A DNA stretch of 39,629 bases from an uncultured Pseudomonadales bacterium. GTDB taxonomy: Bacteria > Patescibacteriota > Microgenomatia > UBA1400 > PJMF01. Under the pieces are notes generated by a model that saw only the letters and a list, made by a program, of their open reading frames with translations, had not been told where the DNA came from and ran no database searches. The stretch spans positions 25,998 to 65,626 of the forward strand of contig CAZKNL010000001.1 of assembly GCA_964554155.1 (NCBI GenBank). Direction: 5' to 3'. Shown one piece after another: positions 7,575 to 17,176 of this stretch; position 1 is the first letter of the stretch; each line of letters opens with the position of its first letter. The translations under genes were made by a program, and so were the position numbers.

Positions 7575-10500
7575 TTATGCTGTTGCCTCGATTCCCGCCC
7601 GTTCTGGAGAGGTAGGAATGAGACGACCAATGATGACGTTTTCCTTCAAACCTTCTAAGTCATCAATGGCTCCATTAACTGCAGCATCAGTTAAGACGTT
7701 CTTAGTATGTTGGAACGAAGCAGCTGACAACCATGAACTGGTAAAGAGTGAAGATCGAGTAATACCTAAGATCATCACCTTGGCAGTAGCCGGCTCTCCA
7801 CCGGCAGCCATCACCGAGTCGTTGGCTCTGACAAACTTGGCGCGCTCCAACACTTCACCCATCAGATACTCAGTATCTCCAGGGGTTTCAATTTGAACTT
7901 TATCGCTCATTTTGCGTACGATTACTTCAAAGTGTTTGTCGTGAATTGGGATACCCTGAGATTCATAGACCTTTTGGATCTGCTCAATGGTATATTCCTG
8001 AGCTGCCAACATCCCACGGACTTGCAGAATTTCACGAACATCCAAGCTGCCTTGACAGAGTTGACTGCCAGCGTGAACTAGATCACCTTCTTGGACTAAC
8101 AAAACCATTGCCCGTGGAATCACATAGCTACGCTCTTCGACTGGTTGAGAGGTAGTTCGAATGGTAACCGTGAAAGCAGTGTCACCTTCTTCGATACTAA
8201 TTTTTCCAGAGATCTCTGCAATTGGAGCTGGAGCTTTGGGGATACGTGCTTCAAAGAGTTCCTCCACACGTGGTAAACCTTGGGTAACGTCAAGACCAAC
8301 GATACCTCCAGAGTGTTTGACCCGCATGGTTAATTGTGTCCCTGGTTCACCAATTGATTGTGCAGCAATCACTCCAACTGGGACACCAATTTCAACAATA
8401 TTACGTGTTGAAAAGTCCCAACCATAACAAGTTGCACAAATTCCTTTTGGTGACCGACACGTTAACGGTGAGCGAATAATCACTGCATCGACATCAGCAT
8501 CGTTGATACTTTGAGAAACTTCGTCAGTAATCATTTCACCTGCTTTTACCAAAGTGACATTGCCTGCCTTAACATCTTTTAAGGCAAAACGTCCCACTAA
8601 CCGGTTGGCAAAGGAGGCAGCACGTGGTTGACGATGAATTTCAAGCCCCTTATCAGTTTCACAGTCATGAATCCGAACAATCACATCATGAGAGACGTCA
8701 ACTAATCGACGCGTCAGATAACCAGCATCAGCTGTCTTTAACGCAGAGTCCGTTAACCCTTTTCGAGAACCACGTGAAGATGTCACGTACTCGAAAATTG
8801 ATAAACCTTGTCGGAAGTTTGACTTGGTTGGCATTTCAACAATCTTCCCTAATGGGTCGACGACCAAACCACGCATTGCAGCCAACTGTTTGACCTGATC
8901 TTTAGATGCACGAGTTCCTCCAGAACCAATCATGATTTTGACCGCATTACTTTCTGGATATGAATTCCAGGTTCTTTCTGCGACATCATCAGTGGTATCC
9001 ATCCAAATTTGGAAGGTCAAACGACGACGTTCATCAGCAGTGACCATACCATCGAGGTAACTTTGTTGAACCTCTTCAGCTTTTTTGTTGGCTTGCTCAA
9101 TGATTTCATCTTTTTCAGCAATCATCTTACAGTCGCTGACTGAGACGGACAAACCAGAAACAGTTGCTGATTCAAAGCCATCATCTTTAATGTCGTCAAT
9201 GAGTTGACGGACGCGCTCTTGATCTTCAGAATGGATTGCGTTAGTGACCAGTTCCTTGATTTTCTTGGCAGTGATCGCTTCGTTTACATAGCGGAGAGAG
9301 ATGGGCAGTAATTCATTGAATTGAATCCGACCAACAGTTGTTTCAATGATCTTCCGATCTCCACTTGGAAGCTGCAAACGGACTTTAACCAATTGGCGCA
9401 GTCTGACTTGGCCAGCTTGATAAGCATGAATGACTTCATCTTGTGAAGCAAAGATTGTCCCTATTTTTGGCAAATCAGTATTTATTGAAGTTTGGTAATA
9501 CGCACCCATAGCCATTTCTTTATTTGGAACGGTAATAGGATCACCATTTGCTGGTTTCAGTAAGTTACGCGAAGATAACATCAAGGTACGAGCTTCTTCT
9601 TTGGCTTCTTCAGTTAACGGGACATGAACTGCCATTTGGTCACCATCAAAGTCGGCGTTATATCCAGAACAGACACATGGATGAAGTCGAATGGCTTTCC
9701 CTTCAATCAGAATTGGGAAGAAGGCTTGCATACCCAATTTGTGCAAAGTAGGCGCACGGTTCAAGATAACTGGGTGGTTCTCGATCACTTTTTCCAAGAT
9801 ATCGTAAACTTCTGGTTCACGGCGCTCAATCAAGTGTTTAGCACTCTTCACATTTGGAGCAATACCTTGAAGAATCAATTGATGTAAGACATGTGGCTTG
9901 AACATTTCTAATGCCATATCTTTTGGTAAACCACATTCATTCAGTTTGAGTTCAGGACCAACAACGATGACAGAGCGACCAGAATAGTCGACGCGTTTAC
10001 CCAGTAAGTTTTGTCGGAAACGACCTTGTTTTCCTCGCAACATCTCTGACAAAGAACGGAGCGGTTTACGGGTGGAACGTCGTTTTGCCTGGCGTGCTTG
10101 GCTACTATCGATTAATGAGTCAACTGCTTCTTGGAGCATCCGTTTTTCATTTCGCAAAATGATTTCAGGAGCACCCAAATCAATGAGGTGTTTTAACCGA
10201 TTATTTCGGTTGAGAACACGACGGTATAAGTCATTCAAGTCTGACGTAGCAAAACGACCACCTGAAAGCTGAACCATTGGCCGCAAGTCTGGAGGGAGAA
10301 CTGGTAAAACAGTCCAAAACATCCAAGAAGGATTAATTTTTGCTTTTAATAAACCCTCTGCTACGCGGAGGCGTTTGGTCGCTTTGAGTTTCTTGGCACC
10401 TTTGGTTTCGTTGACTTCAACCCGTAGTTTTTCAACTAAGTCGTTCAGGTCAACATCCTTGACTAACTGCATGATGCTCTCAGCACCCATACCCACTTCT

Positions 10501-11279
10501 AAGTGGTCAACTGCGTTGTATTCATCAAGCTTCAAGTACTCGTCTTCACTTAAAATAGATCCCTTACGAATCCGTTTCAGCATTGCTTTGAGCGTTTTGT
10601 AGACCTCTTCAGTTTGAGTCAGTTCTGTCTCAAGTTGGTCCTTAAGGTTAGCTAAATGTTGTTTGGCCTTTAAGCCGAGTTCATTGGTACGAAGTTCAAG
10701 TGTTTCTGGACTCTTTACTTTACTCTTGAGCACCTTCTTGGCTTCTTCAAGATTAGCGACAATTTTTTCACCATCTTCAGTTGCTTTTTTGCGTAGTTCC
10801 TCTTGGGCAATTACCATTTCTTGATCAAAGCGTTCGATCACTTGGACTTTTTGGTCAGGATTAACACTTAACACAACATATTGTGAGAAGTAGATAATCG
10901 AGGCCAAGTTTCGTGGTGAGATGTCTAACAAAAGTGAAAGCTTGGACGGTGCACCTTTGAAAAACCAGATGTGAGCAATTGGGGTAGCCAAGCCGATGTG
11001 ACCCATTCGTTCACGACGTACCCGAGCTTGAGTCACTTCGACTCCACATTTATCACAAATAATGCCTTTGTAGCGAATTCGTTTGTACTTACCACAGTAA
11101 CACTCATAGTCCTTCATTGGTCCAAAGATCTTCTCATCAAAAAGACCGTCTTTTTCAGCACGGAGAGAACGGTAGTTAATCGTCTCTGGCTTTTTGACTT
11201 CTCCATAGGACCATGACTTAATCGTGTCAGGGGACGCAATACGAATCTGGAGTGCGGAAAAATCTACAATTTGTTTCAT
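7575..11279 (-). CDS. rpoC: DNA-directed RNA polymerase subunit beta'
   Basis: 1234-aa ORF with the zinc-finger CYCGKYKRIRYKGIICDKCGVEV, the catalytic NADFDGD motif, and bridge-helix and trigger-loop regions. Its ATG overlaps the rpoB stop (ATGA). Confidence 0.98.
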   Translation of the reverse strand: MKQIVDFSALQIRIASPDTIKSWSYGEVKKPETINYRSLRAEKDGLFDEKIFGPMKDYECYCGKYKRIRYKGIICDKCGVEVTQARVRRERMGHIGLATPIAHIWFFKGAPSKLSLLLDISPRNLASIIYFSQYVVLSVNPDQKVQVIERFDQEMVIAQEELRKKATEDGEKIVANLEEAKKVLKSKVKSPETLELRTNELGLKAKQHLANLKDQLETELTQTEEVYKTLKAMLKRIRKGSILSEDEYLKLDEYNAVDHLEVGMGAESIMQLVKDVDLNDLVEKLRVEVNETKGAKKLKATKRLRVAEGLLKAKINPSWMFWTVLPVLPPDLRPMVQLSGGRFATSDLNDLYRRVLNRNNRLKHLIDLGAPEIILRNEKRMLQEAVDSLIDSSQARQAKRRSTRKPLRSLSEMLRGKQGRFRQNLLGKRVDYSGRSVIVVGPELKLNECGLPKDMALEMFKPHVLHQLILQGIAPNVKSAKHLIERREPEVYDILEKVIENHPVILNRAPTLHKLGMQAFFPILIEGKAIRLHPCVCSGYNADFDGDQMAVHVPLTEEAKEEARTLMLSSRNLLKPANGDPITVPNKEMAMGAYYQTSINTDLPKIGTIFASQDEVIHAYQAGQVRLRQLVKVRLQLPSGDRKIIETTVGRIQFNELLPISLRYVNEAITAKKIKELVTNAIHSEDQERVRQLIDDIKDDGFESATVSGLSVSVSDCKMIAEKDEIIEQANKKAEEVQQSYLDGMVTADERRRLTFQIWMDTTDDVAERTWNSYPESNAVKIMIGSGGTRASKDQVKQLAAMRGLVVDPLGKIVEMPTKSNFRQGLSIFEYVTSSRGSRKGLTDSALKTADAGYLTRRLVDVSHDVIVRIHDCETDKGLEIHRQPRAASFANRLVGRFALKDVKAGNVTLVKAGEMITDEVSQSINDADVDAVIIRSPLTCRSPKGICATCYGWDFSTRNIVEIGVPVGVIAAQSIGEPGTQLTMRVKHSGGIVGLDVTQGLPRVEELFEARIPKAPAPIAEISGKISIEEGDTAFTVTIRTTSQPVEERSYVIPRAMVLLVQEGDLVHAGSQLCQGSLDVREILQVRGMLAAQEYTIEQIQKVYESQGIPIHDKHFEVIVRKMSDKVQIETPGDTEYLMGEVLERAKFVRANDSVMAAGGEPATAKVMILGITRSSLFTSSWLSAASFQHTKNVLTDAAVNGAIDDLEGLKENVIIGRLIPTSPERAGIEATA

Positions 11280-14200
11280 AGGGCTCCTTCTTCAACCTGT
11301 TTGAGATCTTCAGCATCCGGTTCAATCTCTTCCGGCGCTTCTTCTGGATCAGTTGGATCAGTAGTTGTATCGTCGGTTGGATCGTCAGATTGGCTGGTGT
11401 CATCAGACATCCCACTATCATCAGCAACAACTGTAGTCGCACCAAGCTCACTTGCCATTTCGCTGGCCATGGTTGTGACATCTTTGTCAGTTTCTTCAAT
11501 TGTTTCAACTTCTTCAGCACCGACTGGGACGATATCAAGACCAAGTGACTTGACTTCACACAAGAAGACTCGGAAGGATTCCGTTACTGTTGGATCTGGA
11601 ATTTCGGTTCCCTTGACGATGGCTTCGAAAGTTTTAGCGCGACCCACCACATCATCTGACTTAATGGTTAACATTTCCTGGAGCAAGTGAGCGGCACGAT
11701 GTGCTTCAAGTGCCCAGACTTCCATTTCTCCGAGACGCTGTCCTCCCATTTGGGCTTTACCACCCAGAGGTTGTTGAGTGACTAATGAGTATGGACCAGT
11801 TGAACGAGCATGGGTTTTATCCTCAACCATGTGAATCAGTTTCAAGATGTATCCAATTCCAACCACAGTATCTTCACCAAATGCTTTACCAGTCCGACCA
11901 TCAATTAAACGAGCCTTACCACTAACAGGTAATTGGGCTCTCTTTAACTCACTCCAAATTTTATCTTCGTCGACTTTTTCAAAAGCTGGAATCGCAACGT
12001 TATACCCAAGCTTCTGGGCTGCCCATCCTAGGTGGGATTCGAGCAACTGTCCAAGGTTCATACGAGCTAAAACAGACAGTGGTGAAATGATAATGTCGAT
12101 TGGAGTCCCATCTTGCAAATGAGGCATATCAGCCACTGGGACAATCTTGGAAATCACACCTTTGTTTCCGTGACGTCCAGCAACCTTGTCACCAACAGTG
12201 ATCTTGCGGATTTGGGCAACCTTGACCGTCACTTCTTTAATAGTGCCTGGATCAAGTTCATCACCCAGATCTCGATCAAGAATTTGGACATCAATCACTA
12301 CACCGTTCTCACCGTGAGGCATCCGAACGGATGTATCACGAACTTCTCGAGATTTTTCACCAAAAATGGCACGGAGTAAACGTTCTTCTGGAGTCAGCTC
12401 TGTCTCACCTTTTGGGGCAATTTTACCGACTAGAATATCGCCAGAAGAAACGACTGAACCAATTCGGATAATACCGTCTGGAGTTAGATTTCCCAGGTAA
12501 TTTTCTGAGACATTAGGAATATCATTCGTCAACTCTTCAGGGCCAAGTTTGGTGTCCATCACTGTGGCTCGGTACTCACTAATGTGAATCGAAGTCAACA
12601 AGTCCTGACGAACAACTCGGTCAGAGATCACAATCGCATCTTCATATCCCAAACCTTCAAATGAAGTATAGGCAATTAACAAGTTAGAACCCAGAGCAAG
12701 CTCTCCATGATCAGTGGCTGGGCCGTCAAGGATAATTTCACCTTTTTTGATTTTTTGGCCGACTTCAACAACTGGTTTTTGAGAATAACAGGTACTTTGG
12801 GAGGTCCGGAAGAACTTCTCAACTAAGTAGGTCTCAGTTCCAGTATGGGTATCGATGATAATTCGCTCATCTTCACTGGTGCCAGCCATTACTTTAAGCT
12901 GGTCTCGCTCTTTTTTATCGACATCAATTACTACTTTGGCAGCATCAATATACTTGACTGTTCCAGAGTGACGAGCCGAAACCGTTCTATTCATGGCCAT
13001 TGCCACAGCTGCTTCCATACCCGTTCCAACTACTGGAGCCTGGGGTCGAAGTAACGGCACTGCTTGACACTGCATGTGTGTACCCATCAGGGCACGGTTG
13101 GCTTCGTCATGAGCAATAAATGGGATGAGTGACGCAGAGGTACCAATCACTTGACGTGGGATGACGTCAATGTACTGAACATCAGTCATCGGACCTTCAC
13201 TAAAGTCATTCATGTAACGAATTGGAACCCATTCTTGGACAATTTCATTTTTATTATTGATCTCAACACCAGCATGGGTGATCTTGGCATCCTCTTCATC
13301 GTCAGCAGATAAGTAAACGATTTCATCTTGGATGATCATCTTGCCGTTTTTATTCAGCACTCGGTGGTATGGAGCTTCTAAGAAACCATGATCATTTACT
13401 CGAGCATATAAAGCTAAATAGGTGACTAAACCAATGTTGGGTCCTTCTGGTGACCGGACTGGGTCAATACGGGAATATTGGGAGGCATTAATGTCACGCA
13501 TTGAGAACGAGGCGCGCTCACGAGTTACACCACCGCTTCCCATGACTGATAAACGACGCAAGTTGTCAATCTCTGCCAGAGGGTTGGTTTGATCAAGAAT
13601 GGTAGATAAACGGTTGCGGCGGAAAAATTCAGAAATTGTGGCAATCAGGGGACGAGCGTTGACCAGGGCTGCCGGAGTCAGCAACTCATCTGTTTTGGTC
13701 AGAGACATTTTTTCACGAATGGATCGCTCTAAACGGATCAGTCCTATCCGGAAGGCATTAGCTTGAACCAACTCACCAACACGGCGAACACGGCGATTAC
13801 TTAAGTGGTCAATGTCGTCAACTTTACCCTTACCATTTTGTAAGGTTATTAAGTAGCGGACTGCGGCAACCACGTCTTGGGGAGATAAGACTGTCTGATC
13901 TTGACTAACGGTAACTTTCAAGCGGCGATTGAGTTTGTACCGACCAACCACACCCAGATCATAACGACGTGGGTCAAAGAACATTTGCTGAAGCAGTTGT
14001 TTGGCATTTTCTAAGACTGCTGGTTCACCAGGCCGCATTTTTTCATAGAGTTCAAGTAAGGCCTCGGCTTGGCTGGCGGTCATGTCCTTTTGAAGAGTGG
14101 CTTTTATGTAATCAATGTTGTCTTTAGTCTCTAAATCAGCAAAAAGGTTAAGGATTTCTTCGTTGGTGCCGTAACCCATGGCACGAAGAAGTACAGTTAC

Positions 14201-14785
14201 TGGCATTTTACGGCGGCGGTCGACTTTAACCGTAATCACGTCACGTTTGCCAACATTCATCTCAATCCAAGAGCCACGAAGTGGGCGCAGTTCTGCCTGA
14301 TAGAGCATCTTGCCGGTAGAAGGCTCCACATCTCCTGAGAAAAAAATACCCGGCGAGCGAACTAGCTGGGTAACCACGGCACGTTCAATTCCATTAATAA
14401 TGAAGGTCCCGGCATCGGTCATCCGAGGGATATCACCAAGGAACACTTCTTGGGTTTGTTGTTCACCAGTCCGTTTGTTGGTTAAGGTGGCTTCAACACG
14501 TAACGGCATGTCAAAAGTGACTGCTTTGCGTTTGGCTTGGGAAGGGGTGTACTTGGATTTGCCAAAGTGATACGCGCCGAATTGGAGACTCCAGTTCTTG
14601 CCAGTAAAGTCTTCAATGCCACGCTCACTGTTGATTTCATCTAAAGCTTCACGAATACCCGTCTCTAAGAATTCTTGATAACTCTCACGTTGAACTTTTG
14701 TCAGGTCGAGCTCAGGTAAGGTAACACCTGTACGGCCCCAATATTCTCGAGTAATTTGTGGTGAAGATTTCCGATGCTGCGGCAT
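11276..14785 (-). CDS. rpoB: DNA-directed RNA polymerase subunit beta, with an ~80-aa acidic C-terminal tail
   Basis: 1169-aa ORF with conserved beta-subunit blocks (GTFIINGIERAVVTQLVRSPG, GDKVAGRHGNKGVISKI, GGQRLGEMEVWALEA). AAGGAG lies 5 nt upstream of the ATG. Confidence 0.98.
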   Translation of the reverse strand: MPQHRKSSPQITREYWGRTGVTLPELDLTKVQRESYQEFLETGIREALDEINSERGIEDFTGKNWSLQFGAYHFGKSKYTPSQAKRKAVTFDMPLRVEATLTNKRTGEQQTQEVFLGDIPRMTDAGTFIINGIERAVVTQLVRSPGIFFSGDVEPSTGKMLYQAELRPLRGSWIEMNVGKRDVITVKVDRRRKMPVTVLLRAMGYGTNEEILNLFADLETKDNIDYIKATLQKDMTASQAEALLELYEKMRPGEPAVLENAKQLLQQMFFDPRRYDLGVVGRYKLNRRLKVTVSQDQTVLSPQDVVAAVRYLITLQNGKGKVDDIDHLSNRRVRRVGELVQANAFRIGLIRLERSIREKMSLTKTDELLTPAALVNARPLIATISEFFRRNRLSTILDQTNPLAEIDNLRRLSVMGSGGVTRERASFSMRDINASQYSRIDPVRSPEGPNIGLVTYLALYARVNDHGFLEAPYHRVLNKNGKMIIQDEIVYLSADDEEDAKITHAGVEINNKNEIVQEWVPIRYMNDFSEGPMTDVQYIDVIPRQVIGTSASLIPFIAHDEANRALMGTHMQCQAVPLLRPQAPVVGTGMEAAVAMAMNRTVSARHSGTVKYIDAAKVVIDVDKKERDQLKVMAGTSEDERIIIDTHTGTETYLVEKFFRTSQSTCYSQKPVVEVGQKIKKGEIILDGPATDHGELALGSNLLIAYTSFEGLGYEDAIVISDRVVRQDLLTSIHISEYRATVMDTKLGPEELTNDIPNVSENYLGNLTPDGIIRIGSVVSSGDILVGKIAPKGETELTPEERLLRAIFGEKSREVRDTSVRMPHGENGVVIDVQILDRDLGDELDPGTIKEVTVKVAQIRKITVGDKVAGRHGNKGVISKIVPVADMPHLQDGTPIDIIISPLSVLARMNLGQLLESHLGWAAQKLGYNVAIPAFEKVDEDKIWSELKRAQLPVSGKARLIDGRTGKAFGEDTVVGIGYILKLIHMVEDKTHARSTGPYSLVTQQPLGGKAQMGGQRLGEMEVWALEAHRAAHLLQEMLTIKSDDVVGRAKTFEAIVKGTEIPDPTVTESFRVFLCEVKSLGLDIVPVGAEEVETIEETDKDVTTMASEMASELGATTVVADDSGMSDDTSQSDDPTDDTTTDPTDPEEAPEEIEPDAEDLKQVEEGAL

Positions 14786-14837
14786 GCATGCTCCTTCCGC
14801 CTGTGCGGTCCGTACTTGCTGTAATCTTTACTCAAAC

Positions 14838-14865
14838 AAAAAAAAGGCTGACCTCCACGAGGGCA
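14838..14865 (-). terminator. Weak hairpin plus U8 tract in the rpoB leader (possible attenuator)
   Basis: The minus-strand RNA reads UGCCCUCGUGGAGGUCA GCC UUUUUUUU, ending about 50 nt upstream of the rpoB ATG. The stem has only 4+2 bp, and 3 nt separate it from the U-run. Confidence 0.25.
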
Positions 14866-14957
14866 TCCTGTATGTCCGTTTATACTTGGTTACGAAAAAA
14901 GTGTGTTTAACAAGCCAACTCTCTTGTTTAGCAAACAACCTGTTTTATGAGGGATTG

Positions 14958-14985
14958 ATTATAGCTCTTCCTAAAGGAGAAGCAA
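14958..14985 (-). promoter_or_regulatory. Candidate promoter for rpoBC
   Basis: The minus strand reads TTGCTT, a 16-nt spacer, then TATAAT. It lies just downstream of the stop of the preceding ORF and about 170 nt upstream of rpoB. Confidence 0.35.
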
Positions 14986-14992
14986 GAGCGAG

Positions 14993-15652
14993 TTACAATG
15001 GAGTTGTTGCCTTTGCCTCTCTCAAACGTTCTGTCTGCGCTCTTTGATATGCATCGGTGAATATCTGCCGAAAATTCCATTTTTGAACCGGAGTTACTGT
15101 CTCGAACCCCTCACCATCCGGACTTACATTTACCTCTTCACTTCCAGCATCAAGCATTGTATATGCGAGTTCCAGAGCTAAATCTTCTGCACATTTTTCT
15201 CGTCGTTTTTCAGATATTCCTCTAAGACTAGGATGGAAAAAAATGGGTTTAAAAAGTCGCCCTGCTATCTCTCTTGCCAACTCAGTCGTCACAACATCAT
15301 AGAAAACATGACAATGTCCTATGCTAAAGAACGAATGAAGTGGTGCTATAGATCCAGCAAGGTGTCCGAGTCTTTCAGCAGTCATAGTCAAGTAATGACT
15401 CTGCTCACCTTCTTGATGAAGTCGTGTAATAACTTGGTCAATAACTCTTTTATCAATATAAGGCAATTCACGATCACTTTTACCCCCTAAAATGATGATC
15501 GCTGAAAGGATTTCGTCCCAATCTTTTTCTGTAGGCTGATCAGAGTCAACTAGAGCCAGTTCAGCTGTATCACAAAAAACTCTCAGTATGTCTGGAACAT
15601 CTCTTGCCCGAGGATGGTTGAGAAGTAGTGCTTCTACCAAGTTACCCTCCAC
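14993..15652 (-). CDS. Hypothetical protein, no family recognised
   Basis: 219-aa ORF with a GTG start at 15652. An alternative TTG start at 15640 has GGAGG 5 nt upstream. A TATAAT lies at 15689..15694 on the minus strand. The product has no TM segment or signal peptide and reads as mixed alpha/beta (IIILGGKSDRELPYIDKRV, FSIGHCHVFYD). Confidence 0.6.
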   Translation of the reverse strand: MEGNLVEALLLNHPRARDVPDILRVFCDTAELALVDSDQPTEKDWDEILSAIIILGGKSDRELPYIDKRVIDQVITRLHQEGEQSHYLTMTAERLGHLAGSIAPLHSFFSIGHCHVFYDVVTTELAREIAGRLFKPIFFHPSLRGISEKRREKCAEDLALELAYTMLDAGSEEVNVSPDGEGFETVTPVQKWNFRQIFTDAYQRAQTERLREAKATTPL

Positions 15653-15729
15653 CTTTTTTACTTTTTCTTTAAATCCATAGAGAAAGTAATTATACTAGGT
15701 CGAGGTTGGATAAGACGTCGATGAACTGT

Positions 15730-16710
15730 TTACCTCAAATACTTTTGGACATTCGCATTATGCTCTTCGAGGGTTCTACCAAAATGAATCTGGCCTTGAG
15801 CATCATGTAAGTAGTAGAGATACTCTGTCTGGGTCGGGTGCAGAGCAGCCTCGATGGCATCCAACCCTGGATTGGCAATTGGTCCGGGTGGCAAACCAGC
15901 ATGTTTATACGTGTTGTAGGGAGAAGTACTTTCCTTATCAACAGCCAGAGGTGGTACCCACCAGCTATCCTTAATCAGGTTATATCCTCTCAAGTATTGG
16001 AGTGTTGAGTCGACGTTTAGCCCCATTCCTAGATCAACGCGTTTCCACAACACACCCGAAACTAATCGCATTTGTTCTTCACCTTTGGCTTCTCGTTGAA
16101 TAATTGAGGCCATGGTAATGATATCTTTTAAAGATCTGCCTGACGCTGTAATCTGATCAGCTAAATCATCCTCTACTTTTTTCTTGAATGTGTTCTTTAA
16201 AAGACTGATGATTTGTTCCGTAGTAAACTCACGTTGAACCAGATACGTATCTGGGAAAAGATAGCCTTCTTTGCCATCAGTTAACCGCAGAAATTCTTGT
16301 TTATCAAAATGAGCAAGGTCTTGGGTAGCTAAACTGTTGGCCATCTCTTCTCGGCGCCACCCTTCAAGTAGAGTTACCCAGACATCGTCGGTTCCTTTGG
16401 TCATCTCGGTAATTAACTGCTCGGGGGTCATGTTTGGTGAGAGGGAAAACGAGCCTGCCTGAATCTCTTTCTCGGCGTTGAGTTTTTTAACAAGGAAGCG
16501 AAAAACTAGCGGATGTTTGATCAACCCTGCTTCCGTAAGCCGATCACCAATTTTGGAAATTGATTGACCTTTGGGAACGACGAACCTAATTTTGTTGCTA
16601 TTACTTGGGTTAACAGGTTGCAACATCGTGCGAACTACGACTACACTCGCAACTCCACTGGCAATAACTAGTAGCACGAGGAACAGCAAAAAAAGCTTGA
16701 GAGGTTTCAC
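15730..16710 (-). CDS. mltG: Endolytic murein transglycosylase MltG (YceG-like)
   Basis: 326-aa ORF with an N-terminal TM anchor and YceG-like motifs (LLEGWRREEM, ASIIQREA, YNTYKHAGLPPGPIANPG). It follows ruvX as in many Firmicutes-like genomes. Confidence 0.9.
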   Translation of the reverse strand: MKPLKLFLLFLVLLVIASGVASVVVVRTMLQPVNPSNSNKIRFVVPKGQSISKIGDRLTEAGLIKHPLVFRFLVKKLNAEKEIQAGSFSLSPNMTPEQLITEMTKGTDDVWVTLLEGWRREEMANSLATQDLAHFDKQEFLRLTDGKEGYLFPDTYLVQREFTTEQIISLLKNTFKKKVEDDLADQITASGRSLKDIITMASIIQREAKGEEQMRLVSGVLWKRVDLGMGLNVDSTLQYLRGYNLIKDSWWVPPLAVDKESTSPYNTYKHAGLPPGPIANPGLDAIEAALHPTQTEYLYYLHDAQGQIHFGRTLEEHNANVQKYLR

Positions 16711-16722
16711 AATGTGAGTATC

Positions 16723-17169
16723 TTACTGGCTTTGGTCGATTTGGTGAAGATCGAGATACTCTTGCAGAAATTGGGCTGCTGCATAGTGATCAATCGGTCC
16801 TTTTTGTCTCAGATGGTGTTTGCCTGCTTGGTGAAGGCGCTTTTGAGCTTCAACTGAACTTAACGTTTCATCAGTAAAAATGAAGTGGGGAAGGTTTGGA
16901 AACTGTTGCAACTTTGTTGCGGTTCGCTGTGCCGCTAAATATGTTTTGAACCGTTCCAGAAATTGTTTGGTTTGCTCAGCCATTTCTTGTTCTGATAGCC
17001 CAACCACAATAGTGGTAGGTTGATACTCTGTAATGATTTTTAACAACTCATCAAAGAGATGTTCTGTATTGAGCAGAACAGTCAACGGCTCAGCGAGACT
17101 CGTTCGAGCAATAGCAACCCCTACCCGCTTGGTACCGTAATCAATGGCTAGGAAAGTGTTAGACATCAT
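16723..17169 (-). CDS. ruvX: YqgF/RuvX family nuclease (putative pre-16S rRNA nuclease / Holliday junction resolvase-like)
   Basis: 148-aa ORF with the N-terminal FLAIDYGTKRVGVAIA motif typical of YqgF. Confidence 0.9.
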   Translation of the reverse strand: MMSNTFLAIDYGTKRVGVAIARTSLAEPLTVLLNTEHLFDELLKIITEYQPTTIVVGLSEQEMAEQTKQFLERFKTYLAAQRTATKLQQFPNLPHFIFTDETLSSVEAQKRLHQAGKHHLRQKGPIDHYAAAQFLQEYLDLHQIDQSQ

Positions 17170-17176
17170 TCAGTTC

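Noticed and set aside
7417-7896. 159-aa plus-strand ORF spanning the rpoC-rpsL intergenic region and running antisense into rpoC
   Set aside because: It crosses the rpoC terminator hairpin and the rpsL leader, then continues antisense to a strongly conserved gene. It has no Shine-Dalgarno sequence and no recognisable domain. It is a typical shadow ORF.
11227-11690. ORFs 11227..11559 (-) and 11271..11690 (+) overlapping the rpoB 3' end
   Set aside because: They are alternative-frame and antisense readings of the compositionally biased region encoding the RpoB acidic tail. They yield low-complexity Ser/Val/Leu-rich peptides. The rpoB frame is continuous with the conserved gene body.
7893-14570. 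Numerous 60-90-aa plus-strand ORFs inside rpoC and rpoB
   Set aside because: They are antisense to conserved RNA polymerase genes and have no independent start signals. They are expected by chance in 7 kb of coding sequence.
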